A stretch of DNA of 64,000 nt from Elusimicrobiota bacterium (GCA_026388155.1 JAPLKI010000016.1:198705-262704); one strand, 5' to 3'; counted from the first letter of the stretch, positions 43,859-54,176 are shown. The notes: generated from the sequence alone by a model not told the origin. Made by a program: numbers and translations.

Positions 43859-46800
43859 CTATTTTCCCCCCTCCGGTTTCATCTCGCCCAGCTCAATGAG
43901 AGCCTGCTTCAGGTCTTTCTCATGGCTGCGGCTTTCAAGTTTGGCCATCAGGCTGTAGGCGCATGGCACCACCAGCAGCGTAAGGAAGGTGGAAAACAGC
44001 ACCCCGCCTATGACCACCAGCGCCATAGGGATGCGGGTTTCCGCCCCCGGGCCAAGGCCCAGCGCCGGAGGAATAGCCGCCGCGATAGTGGCAAAAGACG
44101 TCATCAAAATAGGCCTTAGCCTGATAGGGCAGGCTTCAAGCAGCGCGTCGGTAACGTTCATTCCTTTCTCGCGCCTCCTGTTGTTGGTAAACTCCACCAG
44201 CAGGATGGAATTCTTCTTTACTATACCCATCAGCAGTATCATGCCTATCATGCTGTAGATATTCAGGGACTGGTGCCCGATGAGCAGCGCGATGAAAGCG
44301 CCGGTAATGCTGAACGGCAGCGCCAGAAGCACAGTTACCGGGTGGATAAAGCTGTTGAACTGCGAGGCCAGCACCATGTAGGCCACAAAGATACCGAACA
44401 CCAGCGCCGTGATCAGACTGCCGAAAGAGTCCTGGAAAGTCTGGGAGCTTCCTGACAGCACTATACGGTAACCGTCGGGCAGCAGCTCCTTGGCCTCCTT
44501 CTGCAGCTCGGTCAGCGCCTCGCCCTGCGATACGCCAGGGGCGGGATTTGCGAAAACGCCGATGGCGCGTTCCCTGTTGCGCCGCGAGATTGAAAGCAGG
44601 GTGGGTTTCTCCGTTATCTTCATAACCTCGGACAAGCGTATAAGTTCGCCCCGGTTGTTGCGCACCCAGATCTTGCCGATATCGGACGGGGTCCTGCGAT
44701 CCTTGTCCACCAGGCGGATGCGGATGTCATAGCGCTTTCCGTTCTTCGTGAATTTTCCCACGCGCACGCCGCCTATCATTGAGTTGACGGCGTCGCCTAT
44801 GGAAGCTATGTTCACTCCGCGCGCGGCGGCTTTTTCACGGTCCGGTATCACCTGCACCTCGGGCATACCGGCCTGGTAGTCGGTGTCCACATCCACCATC
44901 TTGCCCGAGTCAGCCATGCGCTTCATCAGCGCCTGGTCCAGCTCGGCGAGCTTATCCCAGTCCGGGCCGCGCAGGCTTATCTCCACCGGATAGCCGCGTT
45001 TGGCTGTGAAGCCGGCCTGCGACGGGTCCTGTATTGAAACCCGGTCCAGCTCCTTTATCTGCTTAAGGGATTTACGCGTGTAAACCATTAATTCCTGCTG
45101 GGTGGGTTTTTTCTTTCCTTTTCCGAGTGCTACGCGGTCAGCCGGCTGTTTGAGCGAAATAAACATCATGCCGCCGTTGACGCTGCCTCCGCCTACGGAA
45201 CCGAAATACCGGTCTATATTCGGCTCTTTCATCGCCCAGGCTTCCACTTTTTTGAACACTGTGTCCGTATATTCAAAAGAAGAGCCTATGGGGGTCTGCA
45301 GGCGCACCATGAACTGGCTTTGGTCCTGCGAAGGCGTAAATTCCATCGGCAGCTTAAGGGCTATCAACAGGGAGCCGGCGAATACCAGCGCCGCGGCCCC
45401 TATGGTCTTCCAGCGGTGCTGCAGGATGCGCCCGAGCAGCCGCTTGTAAAGTTCCGCGACGCGGATAAAAGCCTTGTCCATCCAGATCCCCATGGCGGTA
45501 GTGCGCCCGGAATCCACGAACTGGGAACAGCGCATGGGCGAGAGCGTCAGCGCTTCCAGCAGCGACAGCAGCACCGCGGCCGACATCGTTACCCCGAACT
45601 GGAAGAAGAACTTGCCGATGATCCCTTTCATGAAGATGACCGGCACGAATATCGCGAGTATGGCTATGGAGGCGGCCATGGCCGGGAAGGTTATTTCCCT
45701 CGCTCCCACAAGCGCGGATTTTACACGCCCATAACCCATTTCATTGTACCGCACGATATTCTCAAGCATCATTATGGCGTCGTCCACAACTATGCCTATG
45801 GCGAGCGACAGGCCCAGAAGCGTGAAGGTGTTCAGCGTGAACCCCATGAAATAGAGTATAAGGAAAGCGCCGATGATGGATGTCGGGATGGCCAGCAGCA
45901 CGTTCAGCGTGGAGGACCAGGAGCCCAGGAACAGCCAGCAGACTATCCCGGTCAGAATGGCGGAAAGGATAAGAGTGAAGTTCAGTTCATGTGTGGAAGC
46001 TTCTATAAAGCGCGTGGAATCATTGACCACGGTAAGGTCCATGCCGCTGGGGAGGCCTTTCTGCAGCTCGGCCACCCTTGCGCGCACCGCCTTGGCCACG
46101 GACACGGCGTTCGAGCCGCGCTGCTTCATTACGCCGATGCCCACCGAAAGTTTGCCGTTGGTGCGCGCTATGCGCCGTATATCGTTAAGGCCGTCCTCCA
46201 CCTCCGCCACGTCCTTTATGCGGAAGGTTTTCCAGATGGCGGCCCCGCCGCGCCCGGTTATGACCAGGTTCGCGAATTGTTCGGGTGTGGTGGCCTCGCC
46301 CATCACGCGCACGTTCATTTCCTTGTTGCCGGAGCTGATATAGCCCGCGGGCATCTCGGCGTGCTGGTTGCTCACTGTGTTCATTACATCTTCCACTGTA
46401 AGCTGCTTCGCGTTGAGCTGGTCGGTGTTCACCCAGATGCGCAGGTTGGGGTCCACAAAACCCCCCATGTCCACGTCGCCAACCCCGGCGATGGTGGTAA
46501 ACTTGTCCTTTAGGAAGTCATTGGCGAAGGCCATCAGGTCCTTAAGCGGCCTGTCGCCGGTAAGGGCCACGCGCACGATAGGCTGGTCTTCCGGGTTGGT
46601 CTTGCTTATGGTCGGCGGGTCTATGTCGCGAGGGAGGTCATGCGCCGCCTGCGAGATCTTAGCCTGCACTTCCTGCATAGCCACGTCTATGTCGCGGCCC
46701 AGATCGAATTCTATGGTTATATTGCATTGTCCGCGCTTGGAATTCGAGGAGACGTCCTTGATCCCCTGTATGCTCATAACCACGCCTTCCAGTACGTCGG

Positions 46801-46990
46801 CCACCTGGGTTTCCATAACCTCGGGGGCGGCGCCTTGCAGGGATACGGAAACGTTGACAACGGGGTAGTCCACGTCCGGCATCTGGCTTATACCCATGTT
46901 GGAAAAGCCTATCCAGCCGAAAACAATAAGGCCCAGCATCAGCATCCAGGCGAAAACCGGGTTTTTTATGGCGACGTCTGAAAGTGTCAT
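43859..46990 (-). CDS. RND (HAE1/AcrB-type) efflux permease
   Basis: 1043 aa with 12-TM RND organisation. N-terminus is AIKNPVFAWMLMLGLIVFG. Confidence 0.9.
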   Translation of the reverse strand: MTLSDVAIKNPVFAWMLMLGLIVFGWIGFSNMGISQMPDVDYPVVNVSVSLQGAAPEVMETQVADVLEGVVMSIQGIKDVSSNSKRGQCNITIEFDLGRDIDVAMQEVQAKISQAAHDLPRDIDPPTISKTNPEDQPIVRVALTGDRPLKDLMAFANDFLKDKFTTIAGVGDVDMGGFVDPNLRIWVNTDQLNAKQLTVEDVMNTVSNQHAEMPAGYISSGNKEMNVRVMGEATTPEQFANLVITGRGGAAIWKTFRIKDVAEVEDGLNDIRRIARTNGKLSVGIGVMKQRGSNAVSVAKAVRARVAELQKGLPSGMDLTVVNDSTRFIEASTHELNFTLILSAILTGIVCWLFLGSWSSTLNVLLAIPTSIIGAFLILYFMGFTLNTFTLLGLSLAIGIVVDDAIMMLENIVRYNEMGYGRVKSALVGAREITFPAMAASIAILAIFVPVIFMKGIIGKFFFQFGVTMSAAVLLSLLEALTLSPMRCSQFVDSGRTTAMGIWMDKAFIRVAELYKRLLGRILQHRWKTIGAAALVFAGSLLIALKLPMEFTPSQDQSQFMVRLQTPIGSSFEYTDTVFKKVEAWAMKEPNIDRYFGSVGGGSVNGGMMFISLKQPADRVALGKGKKKPTQQELMVYTRKSLKQIKELDRVSIQDPSQAGFTAKRGYPVEISLRGPDWDKLAELDQALMKRMADSGKMVDVDTDYQAGMPEVQVIPDREKAAARGVNIASIGDAVNSMIGGVRVGKFTKNGKRYDIRIRLVDKDRRTPSDIGKIWVRNNRGELIRLSEVMKITEKPTLLSISRRNRERAIGVFANPAPGVSQGEALTELQKEAKELLPDGYRIVLSGSSQTFQDSFGSLITALVFGIFVAYMVLASQFNSFIHPVTVLLALPFSITGAFIALLIGHQSLNIYSMIGMILLMGIVKKNSILLVEFTNNRRREKGMNVTDALLEACPIRLRPILMTSFATIAAAIPPALGLGPGAETRIPMALVVIGGVLFSTFLTLLVVPCAYSLMAKLESRSHEKDLKQALIELGEMKPEGGK

Positions 46991-48246
46991 TTTTCCTCCA
47001 TGTTAACGGCCGGCCCTCCGCCGGCCACTTCCAGCTGGATACCCGCCAGGCAGGTCTGGGCGTGCGCCTGTTCAAGCCGCAGTTTAGTCTGAAGAAGCGT
47101 ATTCTGGGCATTCAGCACATCCAGGTTGGTCACCAGTCCCAGTGTGTAGTCCCTCGACTGAAATTTTGCGTTCTCGTCGGCCAGCTTAATGGCTTTTCTT
47201 AACGATTCAAGAACGGCTATAGAATGGATCAGTGTGGAATAAGACTGCTTTACCTCCGTGTCGGCCTGGCGTATGGCCAGCTTTAAAGCGAACTCGGCGG
47301 CCGTCTGTTTTGCGGAAGCCTGGTCAATGGAGGCGTCCGTGGAGCCGCCGGTATAAAGAGGTATTTTGAGAGTAAGGACGCCGGCCCAATGTGAATCCTG
47401 ATTGGGAGAAGGACGCTTCAAATAGTAATCCGCGTCCAGGTACAGGGACGGCCAGGCAAGATTTTCAGCTATCTCCGCGTCCAGCCGGGCCGCCTCAAGG
47501 GCTTTGCGCGCGGCCTCCACGTCAAAACGCCGCGCCGCTCCGGCCAGGTACGGATCTATGTGTTGGTTTTCCGGCAGGCGCAGATGGTCAGGCGCGATGT
47601 CCTCATTAAGCCCGGTCAGGAAGCGCAGTTCGAACTGGGCCAGACTTTCCCGGCTCCGCGCGCTTTGGAGATCGGCGTCGTCCGAGGCGAGCTGCGCCTG
47701 GGCGGCCACCACCTCGCTTTCACGGGAGCGGCCTATCTTCTCGCGGTCCTGGAGCTCTTTAATTCTGGAATTACTAACGGCAAGCTGTTCCTGCCGCACG
47801 GAGATCTCCTGCCTGATCTCAACGAGATCTATATACGCCAGCGCCACATCCTGATAAAGCGCCTGCCGGGCGCGGGCGAATTCGAGCCTGGCCGATCCGG
47901 TCACAAGGCCGGCCGCTTTTGCCGCGATATAATCGCGCATGCCGTCGAAGATCGAGTAGCTGAGGCTCACGGCCGACTGGAATTTCCCCGTCTGCGCGGC
48001 ATTGAGCGTTTCCGATGTGTTAAGGTTAAGGGAGGGCAGGAAATACGACTTTATCTGGCGTTCGGCGGCTTCAAGCTGTTTTATGCCTTCCGCGCTTGAG
48101 GCCAGGGTTTCGCTTTTTGCCAGCGTCAGTTTAAAAGCCTGGTCCAGGGATATAGGCAAGCCGGGCGCCGGCGCGGTTGAAAGGTTTTGAGCGTAACCCG
48201 CGGACACTAATAAGGAAAGAAGGAGCGCCAGCAAAAGATGTCTCAT
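46987..48246 (-). CDS. TolC-family outer-membrane efflux protein
   Basis: Signal peptide and duplicated coiled alpha/beta TolC pattern. ATGA overlap with the RND gene. Confidence 0.8.
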   Translation of the reverse strand: MRHLLLALLLSLLVSAGYAQNLSTAPAPGLPISLDQAFKLTLAKSETLASSAEGIKQLEAAERQIKSYFLPSLNLNTSETLNAAQTGKFQSAVSLSYSIFDGMRDYIAAKAAGLVTGSARLEFARARQALYQDVALAYIDLVEIRQEISVRQEQLAVSNSRIKELQDREKIGRSRESEVVAAQAQLASDDADLQSARSRESLAQFELRFLTGLNEDIAPDHLRLPENQHIDPYLAGAARRFDVEAARKALEAARLDAEIAENLAWPSLYLDADYYLKRPSPNQDSHWAGVLTLKIPLYTGGSTDASIDQASAKQTAAEFALKLAIRQADTEVKQSYSTLIHSIAVLESLRKAIKLADENAKFQSRDYTLGLVTNLDVLNAQNTLLQTKLRLEQAHAQTCLAGIQLEVAGGGPAVNMEEK

Positions 48247-48827
48247 TTTTTTCTCCTAATACCGTCAAGATATATTGCAATGACCCTGTCGGTTTTTTCG
48301 CCGGCGCTGAGCGTCCGGCCGGCGCCCCTTGCGTAGGCAAATGAGCCCCTGCAAAGCCCGAAAAGGGCGGAAGCCATGTAAAGCGGGTCTTCAAGCGTGA
48401 CCAGCCCGTCGGCGGCGCATTTTTCAAGTATATCCTTAAGAGCGCCCAGTACCGCCGGCTTTTTTGCCCGCAGTTGCGGCGGGCAGCCGCCGCCGGTTCC
48501 GGGACGTTTTTCCCCCAAAGCGTCCATAAGCCCGGTCTTCCTGGCCAGATGCTCAACTACCGACTTGACGGCGGCGCGAAGAAGCGCCTCGCCGCGCAGG
48601 CCCGAGTCGCGGACCGATTCCAGGTCGGCGACAAAAGTTTTCATTAGGTCGGAGTGAACGGCGGCAAGCAGGGCGTCTTTGCTAGGGTAATAAAGGAAAA
48701 GGGTGCCTTTGGCCACGCCGGCCTCAGCGGCTATGCGGTCCATAGTCGCGCCTGCCGGATCCGAGGCCGCCAGCACCCTGCGCGCGGCCTCCAGTATGGT
48801 TTTTTGTTTCAAAATTTTAACTTTCAT
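48243..48827 (-). CDS. TetR/AcrR family transcriptional regulator
   Basis: N-terminal HTH ILEAARRVLAASDPAGATMDRIAAEAGVAKGTLFLYYPSKDAL. ATGA overlap with the TolC gene. Confidence 0.85.
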   Translation of the reverse strand: MKVKILKQKTILEAARRVLAASDPAGATMDRIAAEAGVAKGTLFLYYPSKDALLAAVHSDLMKTFVADLESVRDSGLRGEALLRAAVKSVVEHLARKTGLMDALGEKRPGTGGGCPPQLRAKKPAVLGALKDILEKCAADGLVTLEDPLYMASALFGLCRGSFAYARGAGRTLSAGEKTDRVIAIYLDGIRRKK

Positions 48828-48883
48828 GCGGTTGCCTTTGTGCGTCTAACCCGAATCCGGCAGTTCAATATGGTTCTCATTGA

Positions 48884-49030
48884 GAAAATCAGGGAACAGA
48901 AATATTGCAGGATTCCCCGCAGTAGCGGGTCGCTGACCAAGCGCTACGCGCGCCAGGTCAGCGAGGGTGTATGCCGCGCGAAGCGCACCTGAGCTCCGCG
49001 AAGGGAAAGTTTTAACTGAAACTTTCAGGC
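48884..49030. ncRNA. Candidate structured RNA motif D, copy 1
   Basis: Aligns to 50582-50731 with compensatory changes in at least four helices. Strand unresolved. Confidence 0.55.
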
Positions 49031-49414
49031 CAAATATGACTGACCGGTCAGTCATAATTATAACACATAGAACCGGAGGGGTTGCAAGCGGTTTTTTGGG
49101 TAATGGTTTTCAGCCCGAAAGCTGCGTTCAACTGCAACTTTCGCCCCAGAGGGGCCGCCCTTTTCCGATGCTGAGTTACGCCGGTGCAAGCAAAATGCGG
49201 AACGAACAGGAATATACACTCAATAATTGCACTATGGCCGTAAAAGGGCGGGGCAACCCAGCCCTTTTGCCCAATGATTCACAAATCATTGGGCAAAAGA
49301 GCTGCCCTTCGGGCGAATCCTTCAACTGAAGGATTCGGGTCAGGCGGGAACAATGCCCGGGGAGGATACATTATTTATAAGGGGAGCAGCCGGCCGAGGC
49401 GGACGGGGTTACGC

Positions 49415-50449
49415 CTATTTATTCAGTATCATCAGCAGAAGCGTTTTGGTAAACCTGCATCTGTCAAATTTCAATACCGTATCCTCCGACATCACCGTCA
49501 CCATGTGGTCCACGCCCGGCAGTTTAATGTAGTCGGAGCCCGGCAGCACGGCGCTTTCCACCGGCACCAGGCCGTCGTTGGCGAGCCCCTGCTTCAGCAT
49601 GTAATCTCTTGGCAGTTCAAGCAGCGTGTCCAGCTTATTAGGTTCATCCTCTTTCCAGGAAGCGAAAGATATCATGTTGACCCCGGATATTATTTCCCGG
49701 ATGGGGCCGCGGTTCGACTGCTGGAACATGGCCCTTTCTCCGGGGGTAAGATTCAGCAGCGAGTCTATTGTCCCGCCGAAATGACCGAGGAGCTTCGCCA
49801 TCGCTTCGGACAGGTATTTATGACCTTTTATATATTCGGCGACCGGAGTGCCGCCAAACGGGGCCTGGAGCGAAATAAACCCGCGCACCCTGGGGAGAAG
49901 GTCCTTATGGACCGTAAGAGCCTGTAAAACGTACATGCCGCCGTCGCTATGGGAAATTATGATAACGGGCTTATCCGAATCTCTTATGTCTTTCGCCGCT
50001 ATTTCCGCGTTGTGCGCGGGCGGCATGGTCGAGTCTACATCCACCACCTTAAACTCCACGCCCATTTCCTTCAGCAGCTTGATCTGATCGTTAAAGTAAG
50101 GCCCTGTCCAGATCTTTTTGCCGAAAATATTTATGGGCTGCACATAGGCCCCGGTAAGGAATCCGCGCACAAGCAGCACTTTGTAATTAGTGAGTTCGGT
50201 TTTTTCCCTTTCACCAAGCTTTAGGTCCGCCGTAGCCCATGTCAGATTGAAATTTTCGGTTAGATCACGGCCCGCTCTTTCGGGTTCGGCCGTAACCGGA
50301 ATCTCTACGGAAGCGGCATTATCGCCGGATAACGCGGTGGTCCGGGCCAGTTCCTGAAAAGACCCTCCCCCCGCGTCCGGGGCGGCGCAGTAAGCGTTCA
50401 ATGATAAAGCGGTCAGAATTAGAACCAACTGCGTTGTGCGGTACATCAT
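49415..50449 (-). CDS. Secreted alpha/beta-hydrolase (lipase/esterase-like)
   Basis: Signal peptide, nucleophile elbow IISHSDGG, and later NDGLV and DHM, candidate Asp and His residues. Confidence 0.65.
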   Translation of the reverse strand: MMYRTTQLVLILTALSLNAYCAAPDAGGGSFQELARTTALSGDNAASVEIPVTAEPERAGRDLTENFNLTWATADLKLGEREKTELTNYKVLLVRGFLTGAYVQPINIFGKKIWTGPYFNDQIKLLKEMGVEFKVVDVDSTMPPAHNAEIAAKDIRDSDKPVIIISHSDGGMYVLQALTVHKDLLPRVRGFISLQAPFGGTPVAEYIKGHKYLSEAMAKLLGHFGGTIDSLLNLTPGERAMFQQSNRGPIREIISGVNMISFASWKEDEPNKLDTLLELPRDYMLKQGLANDGLVPVESAVLPGSDYIKLPGVDHMVTVMSEDTVLKFDRCRFTKTLLLMILNK

Positions 50450-50581
50450 ATGTGCTTATATCATACATCGCGCGTAAACATCGGCCAAGTGAATATAGGC
50501 CCATATGACCCCCATATTATGGCCTATACGGGTTTGGGCCTTTATTATCCTGAATCCTGCAGTCCATTGTGGTTTCCATAG

Positions 50582-50731
50582 AAAAATCAGGTGAACAATA
50601 AAATGCAGGATTCCCCGTAGCAACGGGTCGAAAACCAAGCGCAATGCGCGACAGGTTTTCGAAGGTGTATGCCGCGCGAAGCGCACCTTGAGCTCTGCGA
50701 AAGGGAAAGTTGCAACTGCAACTTTCAGGCT
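50582..50731. ncRNA. Candidate structured RNA motif D, copy 2
   Basis: See copy 1. Located between the satP stop and the lipase start. Confidence 0.55.
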
Positions 50732-50887
50732 ATTGAAGACTGGCGGGCTACTATGATCAGGCGTGAGAAAAAAACAGGGACACCGTTTTTCATCGCTAAA
50801 ACGGTATCCCTTGTTCTTCCAAAAAGGCTCTTTTCAAAAGAGAGCAGCCGCGCCTTCTCACTCGCGCCTGACGCGGGGGCGGCTGAA

Positions 50888-51466
50888 TTACAGCGGCAGG
50901 ACGGTTTTTCCGTAGACTTCGTTCAGTATCTGGGCCAGCGCCGCATACATGGCCGATAACCCGCAGAAGACGCCTTCATAGCCGGCAAATATTTTAACAC
51001 CGCCGCTCCCTGAAAAGTCGCTGAAAGCCAAAAGGAAGAAAAGCGCCGCCAGCGAACCGAAAACAACCCGCAGCGCCCGGCTCAGTTTCAGCGTGCCGAC
51101 GAACATCACGGCCGTGAAAACGCCCCAGACAGTAAGATAACAGCCCATCGCGAAAGCGGAGGGCGCGTCGCCCAGGCCCATTTTCGGGAAAACCAGCAGG
51201 CCGACCAGGGAAAGCCAGAAAAATCCGTAGAGGGTAAACGCGGCGGTGCCGAAAGTGTTTTTCTTCTTCCACTCCATGACGCCCGCTATAACCTGCGCTA
51301 TGCCGCCGATGAATACTCCCATGGCAAGGATCATCGTATCCATGCCGCTGAAGCCCGCGTTATGGATGTTCAGAAGTACGGTGGTCATGCCAAAGCCTAA
51401 AAGCCCCAGCGGGGCGGGATTGGCGGTGGAATCGGTTAAAGTTATAACGGAAGCGGGTTCGGCCAT
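50888..51466 (-). CDS. satP: Acetate/succinate uptake transporter, GPR1/FUN34/YaaH family
   Basis: [18 protein letters not shown] family signature, six TM. Confidence 0.85.
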   Translation of the reverse strand: MAEPASVITLTDSTANPAPLGLLGFGMTTVLLNIHNAGFSGMDTMILAMGVFIGGIAQVIAGVMEWKKKNTFGTAAFTLYGFFWLSLVGLLVFPKMGLGDAPSAFAMGCYLTVWGVFTAVMFVGTLKLSRALRVVFGSLAALFFLLAFSDFSGSGGVKIFAGYEGVFCGLSAMYAALAQILNEVYGKTVLPL

Positions 51467-51560
51467 TGTTTGTCTCCTTTGTGGATTTTTTAAATTATAC
51501 TATTTTACCCTGTGCCGGACTTTCTCACGGAACCGGTTTTGCCCTGCCATCTATAATGGA

Positions 51561-53126
51561 CTAAACCTCCATCGCCGACATTTCAGCCTGGGTTTTGATG
51601 TGGCGGGTGCCTTTGAAAAACGCTATAAGAGGCATCGCGAGTATCGCGGTATAGGCCAGCCATCTGAAGCAATCCATGAAAGAGAGCATGACCGACTGCA
51701 CGACCACCGCTTTATAGGCCAGCCCGTAAGCCGCCATAGGGTTGGAAACAAGGCGCCCGACCTGGGCGGACCAGACCTGGAATTGATAACCGTACGGTGA
51801 AATATTGGCGGCCAGTACCGACTGGTGCACCTGCGCCATGCGCGCCTGCATGGTGAACATCAGCGAGATGCCTACGCTCGCGCCTATGTTCCTGAGCAGG
51901 CTGAATATGCCGCTGGCCTGCTGCATATCGGACTGGCGGATGTTAGCCATAGTGAGCGTGGTCAGCGGCACGAAGGTGAAACCCATAACAAGCCCGTTAA
52001 AGAACAACGGAGCCATAATATTCGAGCGGGCGATGCTGAGGTTGAGCCCGGAAAATATCAGCATGGTAATTGCCAGGCCGAGGAAGCCGAAGACTATCAT
52101 GAGCCGGTTCCCGAACTTTGAAACCAGCCTGCTTATTATGAGCATGGATATCATCGAGCCTATTCCGCGCGGCACCATGGCCAGGCCGCTCTGGAAGGCC
52201 GGGTAACCAAGCAGATTCTGCATAAAGATAGGAAGCATGGAGGTGGACCCCATCATTACGGCGCCTTGTATAGCCATGATAGCCGTGCCGATGGCCAGGT
52301 TCCGGCTTTTCAGCAGGCGCAGGTTCATGAACGGGTGCTGCCGCCGCAGTTCCCACCAGGCGAACAGCGGCATGGCCAGCGCAAAGATGAACGTGCCGGC
52401 GCGTATCCACAAGTCGGCGAACCATTCCACATCCTGGCCTTTGTCTATCACCAGCTGGAACGCTCCCAGGCCGATAACCATCAGCGCCAGGCCGAAATAA
52501 TCCACCGTGGCCGCCGTGCTCCGTTTAAGGTAAGGAGGGTCCTCAAGGAACATTTGCTGCATTATCAGCCCGAATATTCCTATCGGCACATTGATATAGA
52601 ATATCCACCGCCAGGAATAATTATCCGTTATCCAGCCGCCGAGTATCGGGCCGATTATCGGCGCCACTATTATGCCCATGCCGTAAGCGGCCATGGCCTG
52701 GGTCCTCTTTTCCTGCGGGAAACTTTCCAGCAGTATGGCCTGCGCCATCGGCTGGAGACCGCCGCCGCCGATGCCCTGCAGTATACGCGCTAGTATCAGC
52801 TGTGGCAGACTGTGCGCCATTCCGCACAGCATTGAAGAAACAGTGAACATAGCCACCGAGATGGCCATATAGCGTTTGCGGCCTATGAACGAGCTGAGCC
52901 AGCCGGAGGCGGCCAGCACTATCGCGCTTGCCACAATATAGCTGGTGAGCACCCACGACACCTCGTGCGTGGAGGCGGACAGCCCTCCAGCTATGTGCGG
53001 GAGCGAGACGTTGGCCACCGAGGTGTCCAGCACCTGCATGAACGTGGTCAGCAGCACGGAGAACGCGACCAGCCAGGGCGAATGGCTGGGCCGCCAGAAT
53101 CCGGGTTGATGACTTTTTGGGTCCAT
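51561..53126 (-). CDS. emrB: MFS DHA2 (EmrB/QacA, 14-TMS) efflux permease
   Basis: MQVLDTSVANVSLPHIAGGL is typical of EmrB-type transporters, 521 aa. Confidence 0.85.
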   Translation of the reverse strand: MDPKSHQPGFWRPSHSPWLVAFSVLLTTFMQVLDTSVANVSLPHIAGGLSASTHEVSWVLTSYIVASAIVLAASGWLSSFIGRKRYMAISVAMFTVSSMLCGMAHSLPQLILARILQGIGGGGLQPMAQAILLESFPQEKRTQAMAAYGMGIIVAPIIGPILGGWITDNYSWRWIFYINVPIGIFGLIMQQMFLEDPPYLKRSTAATVDYFGLALMVIGLGAFQLVIDKGQDVEWFADLWIRAGTFIFALAMPLFAWWELRRQHPFMNLRLLKSRNLAIGTAIMAIQGAVMMGSTSMLPIFMQNLLGYPAFQSGLAMVPRGIGSMISMLIISRLVSKFGNRLMIVFGFLGLAITMLIFSGLNLSIARSNIMAPLFFNGLVMGFTFVPLTTLTMANIRQSDMQQASGIFSLLRNIGASVGISLMFTMQARMAQVHQSVLAANISPYGYQFQVWSAQVGRLVSNPMAAYGLAYKAVVVQSVMLSFMDCFRWLAYTAILAMPLIAFFKGTRHIKTQAEMSAMEV

Positions 53127-53140
53127 TATTGTTGTAACCT

Positions 53141-53238
53141 AAGTAGACAGAATTCAGGAGCCAGAATTCAGAATAGCCGTAATGTTCAGGCCATCGCCTT
53201 TACATCTTCTGGCTTCTGACTTCTGGCTTCTGACTACA
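53141..53238. repeat. Word-palindrome element family W2, copy 2
   Basis: GTAGACAGAATTCAGGAGCCAGAATTCAGAA...TTCTGGCTTCTGACTTCTGGCTTCTGACTAC between emrA and emrB. Confidence 0.65.
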
Positions 53239-53248
53239 AGTTCCCTCG

Positions 53249-54139
53249 TTATTTCAGATGCACTGTGGGAACTACGGACATGCCGGGCACCAGCATCAGG
53301 TCGCCGACGGGTTCGTCGAAAACTATCTTGACCGGCACGCGCTGCACCACCTTCACAAAATTGCCGGTGGCGTTCTCGGCCGGCAGCAGGCTGAAGCGGG
53401 CGCCGGTGCCTGACTGTATGCTGTCTATGTGGCCTTTAAAATCCCTGCTTGGGAAAGAGTCGATCTCTATAGTGACCTTCTGCCCCGGATGCATGCGCGT
53501 AAGCTGGGTTTCCTTGAAATTGGCTATTATCCAGACGTCGTCCATCACTATGGCCAGCAGCGGCTGGCCCACCTGCACATAGGCGCGCTGTTCGGCGTTC
53601 TTTTTTGTGACCTTGCCGGCCTCGGGCGCGGTTATGCGGGTGTATGAAAGATCCAGTTCAGCGGCGGCGGTCTTCTTTTCCGCCAACAGAGCCCTGGCTT
53701 TCAGCACTTCGGCGTCAGCCACGGCTTTGTCGAACGCCTGGCTGGAAAGGTCGTCCTGTTTAAAAAGCTGTCTGGCGCGCTCGGCGTCCACAGCCGCGCG
53801 CTGGGCGTCCGCTTTCGCGGCTGAAAACTCGGCGCGGGCCTGGTCCAGCTTTACCTGGTAGTCGCGCGGGTCTATTTCTATGAGCGGCGCGCCCTTTTCC
53901 ACGTGCTGGTTATCTTCCACGCTAATGGTCTGTATCTGGCCGGATACTTTTGCGCTTATAGGAATGACATGCGTTTCTATAGCGGCGTCGTCAGTGCTTT
54001 CATGACCCTGCGCGTAATGCCAGTAGGCGGCCGCGGCGGCCAGCACAAGGATGCCGCCTGTAATCAGCACCCCCCAATGCGGCCTTTTGATCCTTGATCT
54101 TTTGGGAACGGGGTTCGTGGTGGTAATATTTTCAGTCAT
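53249..54139 (-). CDS. emrA: HlyD/EmrA-family membrane fusion protein
   Basis: N-terminal TM, coiled-coil hairpin, and C-terminal barrel GNFVKVVQRVPVKI typical of EmrA. Confidence 0.85.
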   Translation of the reverse strand: MTENITTTNPVPKRSRIKRPHWGVLITGGILVLAAAAAYWHYAQGHESTDDAAIETHVIPISAKVSGQIQTISVEDNQHVEKGAPLIEIDPRDYQVKLDQARAEFSAAKADAQRAAVDAERARQLFKQDDLSSQAFDKAVADAEVLKARALLAEKKTAAAELDLSYTRITAPEAGKVTKKNAEQRAYVQVGQPLLAIVMDDVWIIANFKETQLTRMHPGQKVTIEIDSFPSRDFKGHIDSIQSGTGARFSLLPAENATGNFVKVVQRVPVKIVFDEPVGDLMLVPGMSVVPTVHLK

Positions 54140-54176
54140 GGTGTCCTTGGATAAGCTGGAACTTGTTACTGCATTG

